DNA of 64,000 nucleotides from a virus (IMGVR_UViG_3300022744_000027:1-64000); one strand, 5' to 3'. Positions 9,755 through 19,324 are shown, counted from the first letter of the stretch. Numbers and translations: made by a program. The notes: a model not told the origin generated them from the letters alone.

Positions 9755-9770
9755 ATTCTTGCGTCACGAC
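9755..9770 (-). promoter_or_regulatory. Late promoter motif
   Basis: GTCGTGAC-GC-AAGAAT-TCGCTC-ATG(9748). Confidence 0.75.
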
Positions 9771-9796
9771 TGAGAGCGCGGTGGCACCGCTCGGAT

Positions 9797-10054
9797 TTAC
9801 TCGCCCAGCGCCTGCCGTGCCTTCGCAATAACGGTGGCGAGCTGGCCGCGTTCATTAATTAGGGACAGATAGCGTTCTTGCGACGCATCGGGTGCAGTCT
9901 CGACGCCGGGGTGCAGGCGCTCGATGGCGGCATTCACCTCGTCAAGCCGGGACGTTGCGCTTTGCAGGATGCGGCGCTCGGCGGCCTCGGTCTTGGTGGC
10001 CAGGCTGTGCAGCTCACCCAGGTGAGCTCGGGTGTTCTCGATGTGCTTCTTCAT
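9797..10054 (-). CDS. Hypothetical coiled-coil protein (85 aa)
   Basis: Overlaps the upstream stop codon; GAGG SD. Confidence 0.7.
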   Translation of the reverse strand: MKKHIENTRAHLGELHSLATKTEAAERRILQSATSRLDEVNAAIERLHPGVETAPDASQERYLSLINERGQLATVIAKARQALGE

Positions 10055-10245
10055 TTGCGCACCTCAGCGAGACACTGCGCCCGAAGGTCGGCCCGCTGGA
10101 TCGAGTAGCACTGGCTGGGCTCCCGGTGGGCTCGCGCCAGACACATGGTGCGGGCGTCGGCGTCCTGGATGTTGTAGCAAGCGCTGGTATTTGCGACTGC
10201 GCCGGTTGCGGCGAATGCAAGGATTAGTACGGCAAGAGTTCTCAT
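10051..10245 (-). CDS. Small secreted Cys-repeat protein (64 aa)
   Basis: Sec signal peptide plus two CY.IQ.AD.R..CLA repeats. Confidence 0.7.
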   Translation of the reverse strand: MRTLAVLILAFAATGAVANTSACYNIQDADARTMCLARAHREPSQCYSIQRADLRAQCLAEVRK

Positions 10246-10259
10246 GGCGTGAGGTTACC

Positions 10260-13200
10260 TCAAAACAAACCCTGCTGGTCGGACTGCGCTGCCGCGCGCC
10301 GGGCCGCAATGGCACCAGCCACGCCAGTATCGTCAAGACCATCCAGCGGCGAAGCCATCATATTCTTCAAGCCATACTTGCGGTCGAGGCGCTCGCGGCT
10401 GCGGCGTTCCTCCGGGTGGTCACCCTGTAGGTCGATCAGCTCCACGCCCTTCTTCTGTCCCAGCCGGTGAATGCGGGCATTCCGCTGACTGTGAGTTTTT
10501 GCGGTTTGGCTGATGTCGTGCTGGATCAGGAACTGGCCCGATTGCAGGTTCATGCCAACGGCGCCAGCGTCGGACGCAATCAGCACGTCGGCCTGCGCCT
10601 CGCCCTGCTCCGGGTTGAACATGCGGCGCTTGGCGTCTTTCTCCTTGGCGCTGTCGCTGCCCGTGATGACCACGACCTTGCGCCCAGCCTTCTCCATGGC
10701 GGCCTTGTACTGGCTGACGGCCTCGCGGTTGCGGGCGAAGATCACGCCCTGCTTGCCTGGGCGCGCCTGCACCATCTCCACGGCGCGCTGCACTTTGGCG
10801 TTGTCGGGGTGGGTGTTGATGACGCGGTTCACCGCCGACGACTTGAGCATGCCCACGGCTTTCTGGAGCTTGGAGGCCACAGCCTCGTGCTCCGCCTCTG
10901 GCACGCCATCAAATGAACCCGGCGAAATATGGCGCACGGCCTCCACGTCCACCTTGCCAGCGCGCTGCGCCAGGCGTGCGCGGGCCAAGTGCTTGTCGAG
11001 CTCGCCCAGCGCCTGCTGCTGCCCCTTGGACAGTGGCACGGTCTCTGTGCTGCGGCTGACAGCGACGTCGGGTGTGATAGAGGTCGGGAACACGTAGCGG
11101 GCCATTTCCCGCTGCAGCGCGTCCTTGCTTGCGATTGTGTCGGCACCGTAGCGGCGCATGAAGGCCGCCCGGTCGCCGTAGCGCTGCGGGTCCATCTTTT
11201 GCAGCATCGAGTGAATCTCGCTGGCGTCGTTCTTTACCGGGTCGCCTGACGAGAGCACGTGGTACGGGGTGTGGTGGCCGACCGCCTCGATGACGTTGGC
11301 CAGGCTGGAATTTTCCTTCCCCGCCCGATTCAGGGTGTCATGGGACTCGTCCACAAACGAAGCGTCGAAGTTGATACCCTCTTTCGCCATCACGCCAGCC
11401 GCCCAGTCGCGCCGCTGGTCGGTGCTCATGCCCTGCAGCTTCGCCGTCATGGCGCCCTCGTCAATTCCGGCATGCTTGGCGCCGAGGTGCACCATGTCAT
11501 CGCGGAAGGATTGGTGGGTCATGACGCAGATGTGCGTGCCGGCGTCCTTGTAGGCGGCGATGCGCTCGGACTGGCTCGCGCCGGGCTGAATGTGGGTCTT
11601 GAACTTGCCGGGCTCCAGCAGGCGCAAGGCCTCGCCGGAGAATTGACCCTGCACGATGGACGGCACCATCATGATCGACCGCTTCACCTTGCCCATGCCC
11701 GACAGGTGCGCGTGAGCGCCGAGCATCATGTTAGTTTTGCCCGACCCCGCACCAGCGGCCAGCATGGCGCGCTTGTTGGCGGCCACCAGCTTGATCGCGC
11801 GCTGCTGGGCTGCGTACTTTCCCGACATCGACACGCCCCACAGCTTCGTGGGCTGGCCGGGTTTGAAGTTCTCGCCGACGTGGCCCACCATGGAAGCAAT
11901 TTGCCGCTCGGCAGCGTGCCCCAAGGTGTGGCGCTCGTCAGCCCCCAGAGGCGCGGGTGCGCCATCCTGGCCGGGCCCAGTGGACTCCGGTGCATCCTCA
12001 GACGAGAAGAACCCCATCTGCGCCTGCTCAAACGCGGCCTGCTCCTGCTTGGCGGCGTCAATCTTGTCGGCAACTGAGCCGCTGGAATACTTGCCACCCA
12101 CCCGGTTGCGCAGCCGGTCCACCAGCTCTTTGTCCTTCGCCAGCCGGGCCTCGCGGGCGGCAGGGTCCACGGCATCCAAGTGGTTGAGGTTGTTTCTGAT
12201 CGTGCGCTTGCCCAGCTTCATGGGCGCGTCCGGGTTGAGCTTGTTGTGGGCCTCGATAAACGAGCTGGCCATCTTCGAGCGAATGACGTCCTGCACGGCC
12301 TCGTAGGCGCGCTCGTTGCCACCCATGGTCTTGAGGTACTTTGACCACGTAAGGCTGCTGGCGTTGAGCTTGGCAGCCAGGCCGTCGCGGTGCGTTTTCC
12401 AGTCCTGCCAATCAGGGTTTGGCACAGTGTCCCCGAACATATCGGTAGACTCTTTCTCGGGCTCGCCGGCGATGTGTTCCTCGAGCTCCTTGCGCATGGC
12501 ACCAGCCGCGGCGTCCTCGCGGGCGATGTGTCGGTAAAAGTGCTCGCGCAGGGCAGACTGGTCCCTGTTGGTCAGCTCGCCGATTTGCTTGTAGGCCGCG
12601 GTGCCCTCTGGTGTTTCAGCCAGGGCGCGGTGGAGCGCGTCCACCGAGTGCTGGTCAATCTGGAATTTCTGCCGGTTGAGCGTGGTGCGCTCGCCACCCA
12701 AGGCGGCCACGTGGTCGTCGGCGTATTTGTCAAAGGTGTCAGCCAGCGCCTCAGCGCGCTGCTGCTTGCCGTCCGCACCCTTGAGCGGGGCCACGGCGTC
12801 CAGCGCAGCGCGGTATTCCTCCGTGCGCCCTGCCCCGACCTTTTGGAAGAAGTCGGCGGATTGCACGTCGGACAGGATGTCGGCTGGAGCATCGCCGTCT
12901 GCGGCCCGCGCACCAATGTAGGTTTTTAGGCTGGCCTGCAGGTCTTCACCAGGTTGGAACGGCTGCGCCATGCGCTCGGCCACGCCGGGCTTCACGTCCA
13001 TGACCATGTCGGGCCGATTGGCGACGCCCATGGGTAGCCAGCCGTCCTCGTCGTGGTCGCCGCGCATGATCGCCAGATTGCGCCGCACTTGGGCAATGTC
13101 CTCGCGCGCAACGGGCTTGGCCAGGCGCGACATGCCAGCAGGCGTGACGGTGAGGAACGTGTCGCCACCGACCTTCTCCATCGCGTAATCGCCGGGCTGA

Positions 13201-14810
13201 AGCCCGATGGCGCGAACCTGCGTGATCGCCGCCTCTGGCGATGTGTTGCCAAGGGATACCTGAAAGTCGCCGGAACCAGGGCCTTTCATGGCCACCACCA
13301 GCGCGGCGTTCGCCTCCATCTCGCCTAATGCCTGCCCCAAGATGCGCTGAGCATCCCCGACAGCAGCGCGGCGGCGCGAATTCAGCTCTTGGGCTACGGC
13401 TAGGTCGGCGCCTGTTTTGGCCTCGTCCGAGAGGTCGATGGCGGCCGCGGCGTCGGTCAGCTCCCGCGCCTGCTTTAGCGCCTTGGTGCTGGTGGTCATG
13501 TAGTGGTTGACGTGCCAGTCCTGGATGCCATCGGCGACGTGCTGAACCTCGTCAGGGTTGAGGTCGGAGTGAAGGCGGCGCGCCAGCACCTGAGCGGCCC
13601 CAGCAACACCCAGCACATCCACCACGGAGCGATCCACAAGCGCGTCGCCACCCACGGCCATGGCCAGTGCGTTGATGCTGTTGTACGCCCCAACGCCCAT
13701 GTGCCCACCAAGGGTCTCGTTTGGCTGAGCTCCTGCGATTTTGCCGACTTCGGACAGAAAAGCGCGGGTCTGAGCGGTGCGCAGGTCGTTCTTGAGGTCT
13801 TCCTGCACCGAAGCGTCCACGTCGTCCGTGGTCTCCAGCACGAAGGCCTTGGGCTCAACGGGTGACTTGTCCACGTCGGCGTTGGCCTCTCGGGCGGCCT
13901 TTTCGATGAGTGCGAGCTTCTTGCCCTCCCTCACCAGATCGAGGGCGTCCTTGGCGGAAATCAGGCTGGCGTCAGCCTTTGGTGCGGCGGGCTCCTTGAT
14001 GCCGGCCAGCTCCTGTTTGATCAGTTTGGCGGCGTCGCCCTTGGCCAGAGCCTTCTGCCGCTGCTCGGGCGTCATGCCGCCAGTTTTCACTTCGACCGCT
14101 TCGGATTCGAGTTTCTCCTGCGACAGCCCGGCAGCCTCGGCGCGGCCTTTGTAGTCGGCTTGGAACCCCATCCCGGCACCAGGTGGGCGAACGGGATCGA
14201 GGTCCGCGGCGGCAATCTCGTCGGGCGAATCGGAGAACAGCGGAACCTCGCCAACGCCAGCCTCTTCGCGCGCGGCGGGGCTGATCACCAACATTTGACG
14301 GCTCTGCTGGATGACCTCTTTGGCCTTGCTGAGCAAGTCGCGGTGGAATTTTGACCGCACCTTGTCGCGTGCGGATTCGGACAAATGCTCATAGTCGGCC
14401 TCGGGGAACTCCATGTCCTCGGGTGCCCAGCCTGCCTTTTTGGCGACGGCGCTGATGACCGACTGCTCGGCCTTCTTGCGCTGTTCGGCAATGTCCTTGC
14501 GGACCTGCTCCTTGGCACCATGGATGCCGGCAGCCTTGTCGGCGGCCATTTGTTCCTTGCGTGCGGCACGCTTATCGGCGGCCTTTTTTCCGGCTTCAGC
14601 CTTGTAATCAGAGTGCGATTTAACGCCTCGCAGCTTGAGGTAGTTCAAGCTGCCGCCAGCGCCACCAATGACGCGAGCAGAGCCATCCGGGTGCGGCTGG
14701 ATGAGCACGGCCTGACCCTTTGAGCCTGGGCCGTTTGGGTGGACTGTGATCCACCGCGCGTCAGCAGGAATTGCGTCAGCCTTGATGAGAAGTCGTGGGA
14801 TTTGCCGCAT
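10260..14810 (-). CDS. Large SNF2/SF2 helicase-domain protein (DarB-like, probably virion-packaged)
   Basis: C-terminal GAGSGKT, DESH, SGDP, DAGAVGMNLQ and QRNARIHRLGQ motifs; late promoter; located in head gene cluster. Confidence 0.8.
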   Translation of the reverse strand: MRQIPRLLIKADAIPADARWITVHPNGPGSKGQAVLIQPHPDGSARVIGGAGGSLNYLKLRGVKSHSDYKAEAGKKAADKRAARKEQMAADKAAGIHGAKEQVRKDIAEQRKKAEQSVISAVAKKAGWAPEDMEFPEADYEHLSESARDKVRSKFHRDLLSKAKEVIQQSRQMLVISPAAREEAGVGEVPLFSDSPDEIAAADLDPVRPPGAGMGFQADYKGRAEAAGLSQEKLESEAVEVKTGGMTPEQRQKALAKGDAAKLIKQELAGIKEPAAPKADASLISAKDALDLVREGKKLALIEKAAREANADVDKSPVEPKAFVLETTDDVDASVQEDLKNDLRTAQTRAFLSEVGKIAGAQPNETLGGHMGVGAYNSINALAMAVGGDALVDRSVVDVLGVAGAAQVLARRLHSDLNPDEVQHVADGIQDWHVNHYMTTSTKALKQARELTDAAAAIDLSDEAKTGADLAVAQELNSRRRAAVGDAQRILGQALGEMEANAALVVAMKGPGSGDFQVSLGNTSPEAAITQVRAIGLQPGDYAMEKVGGDTFLTVTPAGMSRLAKPVAREDIAQVRRNLAIMRGDHDEDGWLPMGVANRPDMVMDVKPGVAERMAQPFQPGEDLQASLKTYIGARAADGDAPADILSDVQSADFFQKVGAGRTEEYRAALDAVAPLKGADGKQQRAEALADTFDKYADDHVAALGGERTTLNRQKFQIDQHSVDALHRALAETPEGTAAYKQIGELTNRDQSALREHFYRHIAREDAAAGAMRKELEEHIAGEPEKESTDMFGDTVPNPDWQDWKTHRDGLAAKLNASSLTWSKYLKTMGGNERAYEAVQDVIRSKMASSFIEAHNKLNPDAPMKLGKRTIRNNLNHLDAVDPAAREARLAKDKELVDRLRNRVGGKYSSGSVADKIDAAKQEQAAFEQAQMGFFSSEDAPESTGPGQDGAPAPLGADERHTLGHAAERQIASMVGHVGENFKPGQPTKLWGVSMSGKYAAQQRAIKLVAANKRAMLAAGAGSGKTNMMLGAHAHLSGMGKVKRSIMMVPSIVQGQFSGEALRLLEPGKFKTHIQPGASQSERIAAYKDAGTHICVMTHQSFRDDMVHLGAKHAGIDEGAMTAKLQGMSTDQRRDWAAGVMAKEGINFDASFVDESHDTLNRAGKENSSLANVIEAVGHHTPYHVLSSGDPVKNDASEIHSMLQKMDPQRYGDRAAFMRRYGADTIASKDALQREMARYVFPTSITPDVAVSRSTETVPLSKGQQQALGELDKHLARARLAQRAGKVDVEAVRHISPGSFDGVPEAEHEAVASKLQKAVGMLKSSAVNRVINTHPDNAKVQRAVEMVQARPGKQGVIFARNREAVSQYKAAMEKAGRKVVVITGSDSAKEKDAKRRMFNPEQGEAQADVLIASDAGAVGMNLQSGQFLIQHDISQTAKTHSQRNARIHRLGQKKGVELIDLQGDHPEERRSRERLDRKYGLKNMMASPLDGLDDTGVAGAIAARRAAAQSDQQGLF

Positions 14811-14816
14811 CGTCAG

Positions 14817-14832
14817 AGGATACGGTCACGAC
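14817..14832 (-). promoter_or_regulatory. Late promoter motif
   Basis: GTCGTGAC-CG-TATCCT-CTGACG-ATG(14810). Confidence 0.75.
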
Positions 14833-14870
14833 GAGCATGATTCTTTTGGCTTAGAGACTTCGCCGACTTT

Positions 14871-15245
14871 GTGTGCTCTTACGCTGCGCCACAACAAAAA
14901 CGGGGGGCACGGGTGGGGGACAGCAAACACGCTCGCATTGAGCGCGCGGTAATGCTCGCTAAGTCGGACGAGGGGGTAAACGCCAGCCTGGGGGAGATGG
15001 CCGATTGCGCGTGCATGAGCCGCTTCCACTTCGCCCGCGTTTTTCGTGACGTTACAGGCAAAACTCCGATGGAGTACGTGCTCGAACAGAAGATCGAGTG
15101 CGCCAAGAGGCGACTGGCCACGGGTCGCTGCAGCATCGCGGCCGTCGCGGTGATGTGCGGATTTTCAGACCAATCACACCTGACGCGGGTGTTTAGGCGC
15201 AGCCAGGGGGAAACCCCGGCGCAATTCAAGCGCCGCCAAGAATAG
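14871..15245 (+). CDS. Single-domain AraC/XylS-family HTH regulator
   Basis: SLGEMADCACMSRFHFARVFRDVTGKTP...VAVMCGFSDQSHLTRVFRR...TP signature; start uncertain. Confidence 0.8.
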   Translation: MCSYAAPQQKRGARVGDSKHARIERAVMLAKSDEGVNASLGEMADCACMSRFHFARVFRDVTGKTPMEYVLEQKIECAKRRLATGRCSIAAVAVMCGFSDQSHLTRVFRRSQGETPAQFKRRQE

Positions 15246-16383
15246 CCCGCAGCTCATCGCCGAACGCTGGGTCGTCTCCCGGAGCGTCCTCGATCACAGG
15301 CACCCACCGGCCACGGCAGTGCGGGTGGGCCAGCCCGGCCGGGATTTGCCACATCTCGTCGGGCTCGCGGTCCACCAGCACGTCGCCGACGCGCTTCTTC
15401 GGAGAGGCAGAGCGGCCCACGTTGTTCTTGCCGGGCCAGATCATGGTGTCGGGGTTTTTGTCCGGGTGGTCGGCGGCGACGACCGTGACCACGCGGCCAT
15501 CGATGCCGCGGCAAAAGGCGCACGCGCCCTCGTACCGCTCGACGCGCTGCACCTTGGTGCCAGGCTTCAGGCTGGCGATGTAGCCCTGCAGCTGGGCCTC
15601 GCCAGCCTCGGTGACGGCGATGCGCCGCCAATCCCGATTGAGGGCGCCGAACTCGTCCAGCAGCTTGGTCTCCAGGCTGCTGGTGCCCGGCGGCAGGTTG
15701 CCCAGCGCCCTCTGCTCCAGATCGGCGGCCACCAAGGCGCGCAGGCGGTGGCGGGTGTTGTCGGACAGGGCCTGCACGTGCTCGGCGGCGCGGGCGCGGG
15801 CGAACGTGAGCACGGCCTGGGTGGCGGCAGACAATCCGGTGGCCTGCGCAGCCGACGAAGGCAGCGCCGCCAGAATGGCGTCGGCCTGCTTCGCCGTGGG
15901 CGTCTTGCCTTCGAGGTTGGCCTGCACCTTGCCCATCATCGTGGCCTTGGTGGCCAGCCAGTCGGCCTCGGCCACCAGCTCGCCAGCGGGCAGGTGTCGC
16001 TGCACCACGTACTCGATGGCGAGAAGGTGGTCGTCCAGCGTCCAGACGGCGGGCGGCAGGCTTTCCAGGTACAGGCGGGCCAGGGACAGCTCGGCCTCGT
16101 TCCAGCGGGAAAGCATGCCGGGCGGCGTGGGCTGGATGGATGCGGTGGGAATGTGATTCGCGCCAGACTGCCAGGCCAGCAGCTGCTGGTGCACGGCATC
16201 CAAGCGGGCCAGGCCGCGCTCGGTGAACAACTCGATCAGGCGGCGCACCAGGGGGGAATCGTGGGGCTTCCAGATTTTGTCAGAACCGTGGTCGTGGCCA
16301 TCCGACAATGCCTTGTAGAGCCCCTCCAGCATGTCGTTGGTGGCGCGGATTGGCACATGCAAGAGATCGAGGAATAAGCCCAT
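15226..16383 (-). CDS. Head morphogenesis protein (MuF/SPP1 gp7-like)
   Basis: RDWRRIAVTEA, CAFC and HPHCRG motifs. Confidence 0.8.
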   Translation of the reverse strand: MGLFLDLLHVPIRATNDMLEGLYKALSDGHDHGSDKIWKPHDSPLVRRLIELFTERGLARLDAVHQQLLAWQSGANHIPTASIQPTPPGMLSRWNEAELSLARLYLESLPPAVWTLDDHLLAIEYVVQRHLPAGELVAEADWLATKATMMGKVQANLEGKTPTAKQADAILAALPSSAAQATGLSAATQAVLTFARARAAEHVQALSDNTRHRLRALVAADLEQRALGNLPPGTSSLETKLLDEFGALNRDWRRIAVTEAGEAQLQGYIASLKPGTKVQRVERYEGACAFCRGIDGRVVTVVAADHPDKNPDTMIWPGKNNVGRSASPKKRVGDVLVDREPDEMWQIPAGLAHPHCRGRWVPVIEDAPGDDPAFGDELRAILGGA

Positions 16384-16389
16384 CCGGGC

Positions 16390-16405
16390 AGTGTCGCGTC
16401 ACGAC
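16390..16405 (-). promoter_or_regulatory. Late promoter motif
   Basis: GTCGTGAC-GC-GACACT-GCCCGG-ATG(16383). Confidence 0.75.
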
Positions 16406-16431
16406 AAAAAAACCCGGCACGAGGCCGGGTT
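16406..16431 (-). terminator. Intrinsic terminator
   Basis: AACCCGGC-CTCGT-GCCGGGTT followed by a T-run. Confidence 0.85.
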
Positions 16432-16540
16432 CAAAACTCCTGCCCAGGGAGGAAAGGCCGGCCACCTGTAGAGTGGAAGGTCGGCAAGCCTGCCGCACGG
16501 GGCATGGAGCCCACTACGGCGGCAGAGCGTGCCTAAAATG

Positions 16541-16748
16541 TTGATGGTGGCCGGTGCTGATCTCCGGCTTTGAGGCTATGGGCGTGTGGTGCCGCCCCGT
16601 TTTACGTCTTGTCCTGCGCCATACAGAGCGGTGTTTATCCGCACTGGGCAGCTCAGGTCTTGCCCGCACCATCTGTAGCTCCACCACAGAACACCGAACA
16701 AGTCCTAGCTCTCACGATTCGCGCATCAGCCTGCGCATTCACCATCAA
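16541..16748 (-). ncRNA. C4/c4-2-like phage structured RNA with expanded central arm
   Basis: 5' TTGATGGTGAATGCGCAGGCTGATGCGC ... GCCGGAGATCAGCACCGGCCACCATCAA 3'; 9-bp closing stem and complementary loops GCTGAT/ATCAGC. Confidence 0.7.
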
Positions 16749-17169
16749 TTCAGCACCCGACTTGCCCGGCGCACCAGCTTGTAGCCGACAAGCAGAGGAC
16801 GGGTGCTGAATTGATGGCTCCGGGCCCTGCCCCCGGAAGGTTGTCGCGGCTCTCACGCGCATCAGCCGGGAAACCCCAGCCTGCCGGTTACGCTATCCGG
16901 CTCCGTGACGAGCAACTGAACTGCTCGCTGGTCGGCGGAACGAACTATACAACAACTTTATCGGAGCAGCGCGTTCACCGCGAAAAAATGGTGGCGTGCT
17001 ACCAACACGCCACCATTCTAACCCACCATTCGACTACGGGCGAACCCGCTGGCGGGAGCGTTTTCAGCGCATCTGCCTGGGACTGTTACCAGCCGAGGAA
17101 CCCGGCTGCGCGGGTTGAAAGTTCTCCCGGCGGTTTAGCCCCCGCCGGACCTGCCAGACTTCAGGTGTT

Positions 17170-17382
17170 CTAGGGCGCGCTGCTGATTCCAAGGAGCATC
17201 AAAATAAGCGCCTCTTCTTCCTGTTGCCGGCGCTTTCGCGCCAGCGCCTCTGTGTTGGTGCTGGTGTATGGCGACGGCTGCGGAGACCAGTCGTAATTGT
17301 TTGTCGGTGCAACCGGTGCCAGCATTCGGCCAAATGAATTGCCGAATGCCTTGCCAAACGACAGGCCCCATGCTGAAGCCAT
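17170..17382 (-). CDS. Hypothetical protein (70 aa)
   Basis: Abuts upstream stop; WG.SFG.AFG.SFG N-terminus. Confidence 0.6.
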   Translation of the reverse strand: MASAWGLSFGKAFGNSFGRMLAPVAPTNNYDWSPQPSPYTSTNTEALARKRRQQEEEALILMLLGISSAP

Positions 17383-17904
17383 TTAAGCCCCCGGGCCCCA
17401 TGGGTCCGTGTCGCTACCCGTCCCGCCCAACTCTTGTCCTCTGACTTGCACCAAGTTGACCGGCAACGGGGCTGCGTGCAGGGCCGCCATCATTGTCGCC
17501 CGCACTGTGTCAGCGATCTCTTGAGCTGTTGGGGCCGTCGTCCCAACGGCGATGGCCTGGACCGGCTGCTGGTAATTCACCCGCACGGCATACCCACCCA
17601 GCGTGGGCACAAACGGGTCGCCCCCGCCCTCCACCAGCAAAACGCCCTCCGTCACGGCAAGCGTGTGGTCAGCCTCCATGGGGCGAATGCGCCAGCCGTT
17701 TTGCAGGTACACGTAAAATGGCACCGCCGTGCCCTGCGCCGGGTCGATCTGGTCGCCGCCAAGCAGCCGCAAGGCCATGGGGTATTTGCCGTTGTCGGCC
17801 GTGGCGTGCCAGCGCACCCACTCGCTCCACAGGGTGCGCACACTCAAGGTGCCACCAGCGTCTGAAACAATCAGGCGTGCAGTTCCGTCAAAGCTCAGGG
17901 CCAT
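17383..17904 (-). CDS. Putative virion appendage protein
   Basis: ATG 17904 with GGAG SD; N-terminus resembles that of the adjacent 465-aa protein. Confidence 0.65.
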   Translation of the reverse strand: MALSFDGTARLIVSDAGGTLSVRTLWSEWVRWHATADNGKYPMALRLLGGDQIDPAQGTAVPFYVYLQNGWRIRPMEADHTLAVTEGVLLVEGGGDPFVPTLGGYAVRVNYQQPVQAIAVGTTAPTAQEIADTVRATMMAALHAAPLPVNLVQVRGQELGGTGSDTDPWGPGA

Positions 17905-17914
17905 GCCAGCTCCA

Positions 17915-19312
17915 TCACTGGTATGCGCGGTCGGTTTCCGCAATCATCGCAATCGTGATGCCCTTGGAGCGCGCAATCGTGCCGCCAAACAGCACCGGCT
18001 TTGCAAAGCCCGGGCGCCCCGCCACCACGGTGACGTTGGCATCGGTGCCCGCCGTGCGCCCGCCTTGCGCGTTGCTGTCATAGGCAAACGTGAATGAGGT
18101 GGTGGCGGTGGTGATAGTGCCCGCGATGGGGTTGCCCGCCGCATCGTTCACCGTTACCGCGCCGCTCTCGCCGAAGTCGTCCAGCGAGCCGGGCAGCGTG
18201 GTGAAGAACATGCGGTAATAGCTGCCCGCACCCACCAACGCTGCGTTTGCCGTGATATAGCCGCCGCTGGTGTACGGGTAAACGCGCCCGATACCGTTTT
18301 GGTCAGTGAAAATCACGCGGTTGCTGTCGTTGCCGTCGATGTTGGAAACGAAAACGCCCTGCGCCGTGATCAGCGTATCGCCCTCGAAGCGCATCAGTAG
18401 GTCAGCAGTTTTCCCGTTGACCGCCCCAGCACCACTGTCAATATCCGTGTTCTGGCGTAACAGGTACTGTACCTTCGCATATACCTGCTCCAGCGTCGCC
18501 CCGTTGCCCTCAACGATCACGCGGAAGGGGTATGCACCGGCCCCGATGGTTTGGTTCTGGTCGGCCCCGTAGTAGGTTACGGTAATACCGTTGTAAGGCG
18601 CACTGGCCATCGCCGCATCGGCCGCCGCCTTGTTGCTGCCCAGCAAATTGGTGATCTTGAAGTCTTGCTGGTTGGCCAGCAAAAGGTTCACCTTGAAAGC
18701 GCCCGTGCCGGTTTCGCCGGTGTCTGAAAGCGTGCTGTCGTCATAGGTGTAGCCGTACTCGCGCACGTAGCCCTTGAGGTAGGCACGGGTGTCGAAGTTT
18801 CCATTGGCGGCATCGCCAAACACCTGAATGCCCAGGTTTGCCGCATCGGTGAACGTGAAGTTAATTGCGGCCCCGCCAACCGCTTTTTGGTAATACTGCT
18901 GCGCCCCGCTGTTCACATCGCCAAGTGCCACCGCGCCAACATACACGCGGTTCAATGTACCTGTGTCGGTGAAGCCGGGGAGCGCCGCCGTACTGCTCCA
19001 CTCCTCCCAACCGCCGTCGCGGAGCATGTTGCGGGTCGCGTCGTTCTTTGGCTTCCAGCTGTTGTATTTGCGGCCATCCGTGCCGAATTGCCACTGGCCT
19101 GATTTGGCGTCCAGCGCATAAATGGGGAATGGGCTGTCCTGATAGGGCGCAGTTGTCCACAGGTCAACCAGCTTGGAATACAGGGCCTGGATGGTCACGC
19201 CGTCCTTAGCCACAAGGTTTCCAGCCGCCACCAGCTCGAATGTGCGGGCCGGTTCATCAAGTATCAGCTCTGTTCCGATATTGATCAGTGATTTTGAGGT
19301 GATTTTTGCCAT
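17915..19312 (-). CDS. Putative virion structural/appendage protein (465 aa)
   Basis: GGAGG SD; Gly/Thr/Asn-rich beta-strand composition. Confidence 0.7.
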   Translation of the reverse strand: MAKITSKSLINIGTELILDEPARTFELVAAGNLVAKDGVTIQALYSKLVDLWTTAPYQDSPFPIYALDAKSGQWQFGTDGRKYNSWKPKNDATRNMLRDGGWEEWSSTAALPGFTDTGTLNRVYVGAVALGDVNSGAQQYYQKAVGGAAINFTFTDAANLGIQVFGDAANGNFDTRAYLKGYVREYGYTYDDSTLSDTGETGTGAFKVNLLLANQQDFKITNLLGSNKAAADAAMASAPYNGITVTYYGADQNQTIGAGAYPFRVIVEGNGATLEQVYAKVQYLLRQNTDIDSGAGAVNGKTADLLMRFEGDTLITAQGVFVSNIDGNDSNRVIFTDQNGIGRVYPYTSGGYITANAALVGAGSYYRMFFTTLPGSLDDFGESGAVTVNDAAGNPIAGTITTATTSFTFAYDSNAQGGRTAGTDANVTVVAGRPGFAKPVLFGGTIARSKGITIAMIAETDRAYQ

Positions 19313-19324
19313 GTTGGCCTCCAG

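Noticed and set aside
16541-16620. Possible tRNA (minus strand ends ...CCGGCCACCA)
   Set aside because: No TTCGA T-loop or anticodon arm; fits a C4-like RNA instead.
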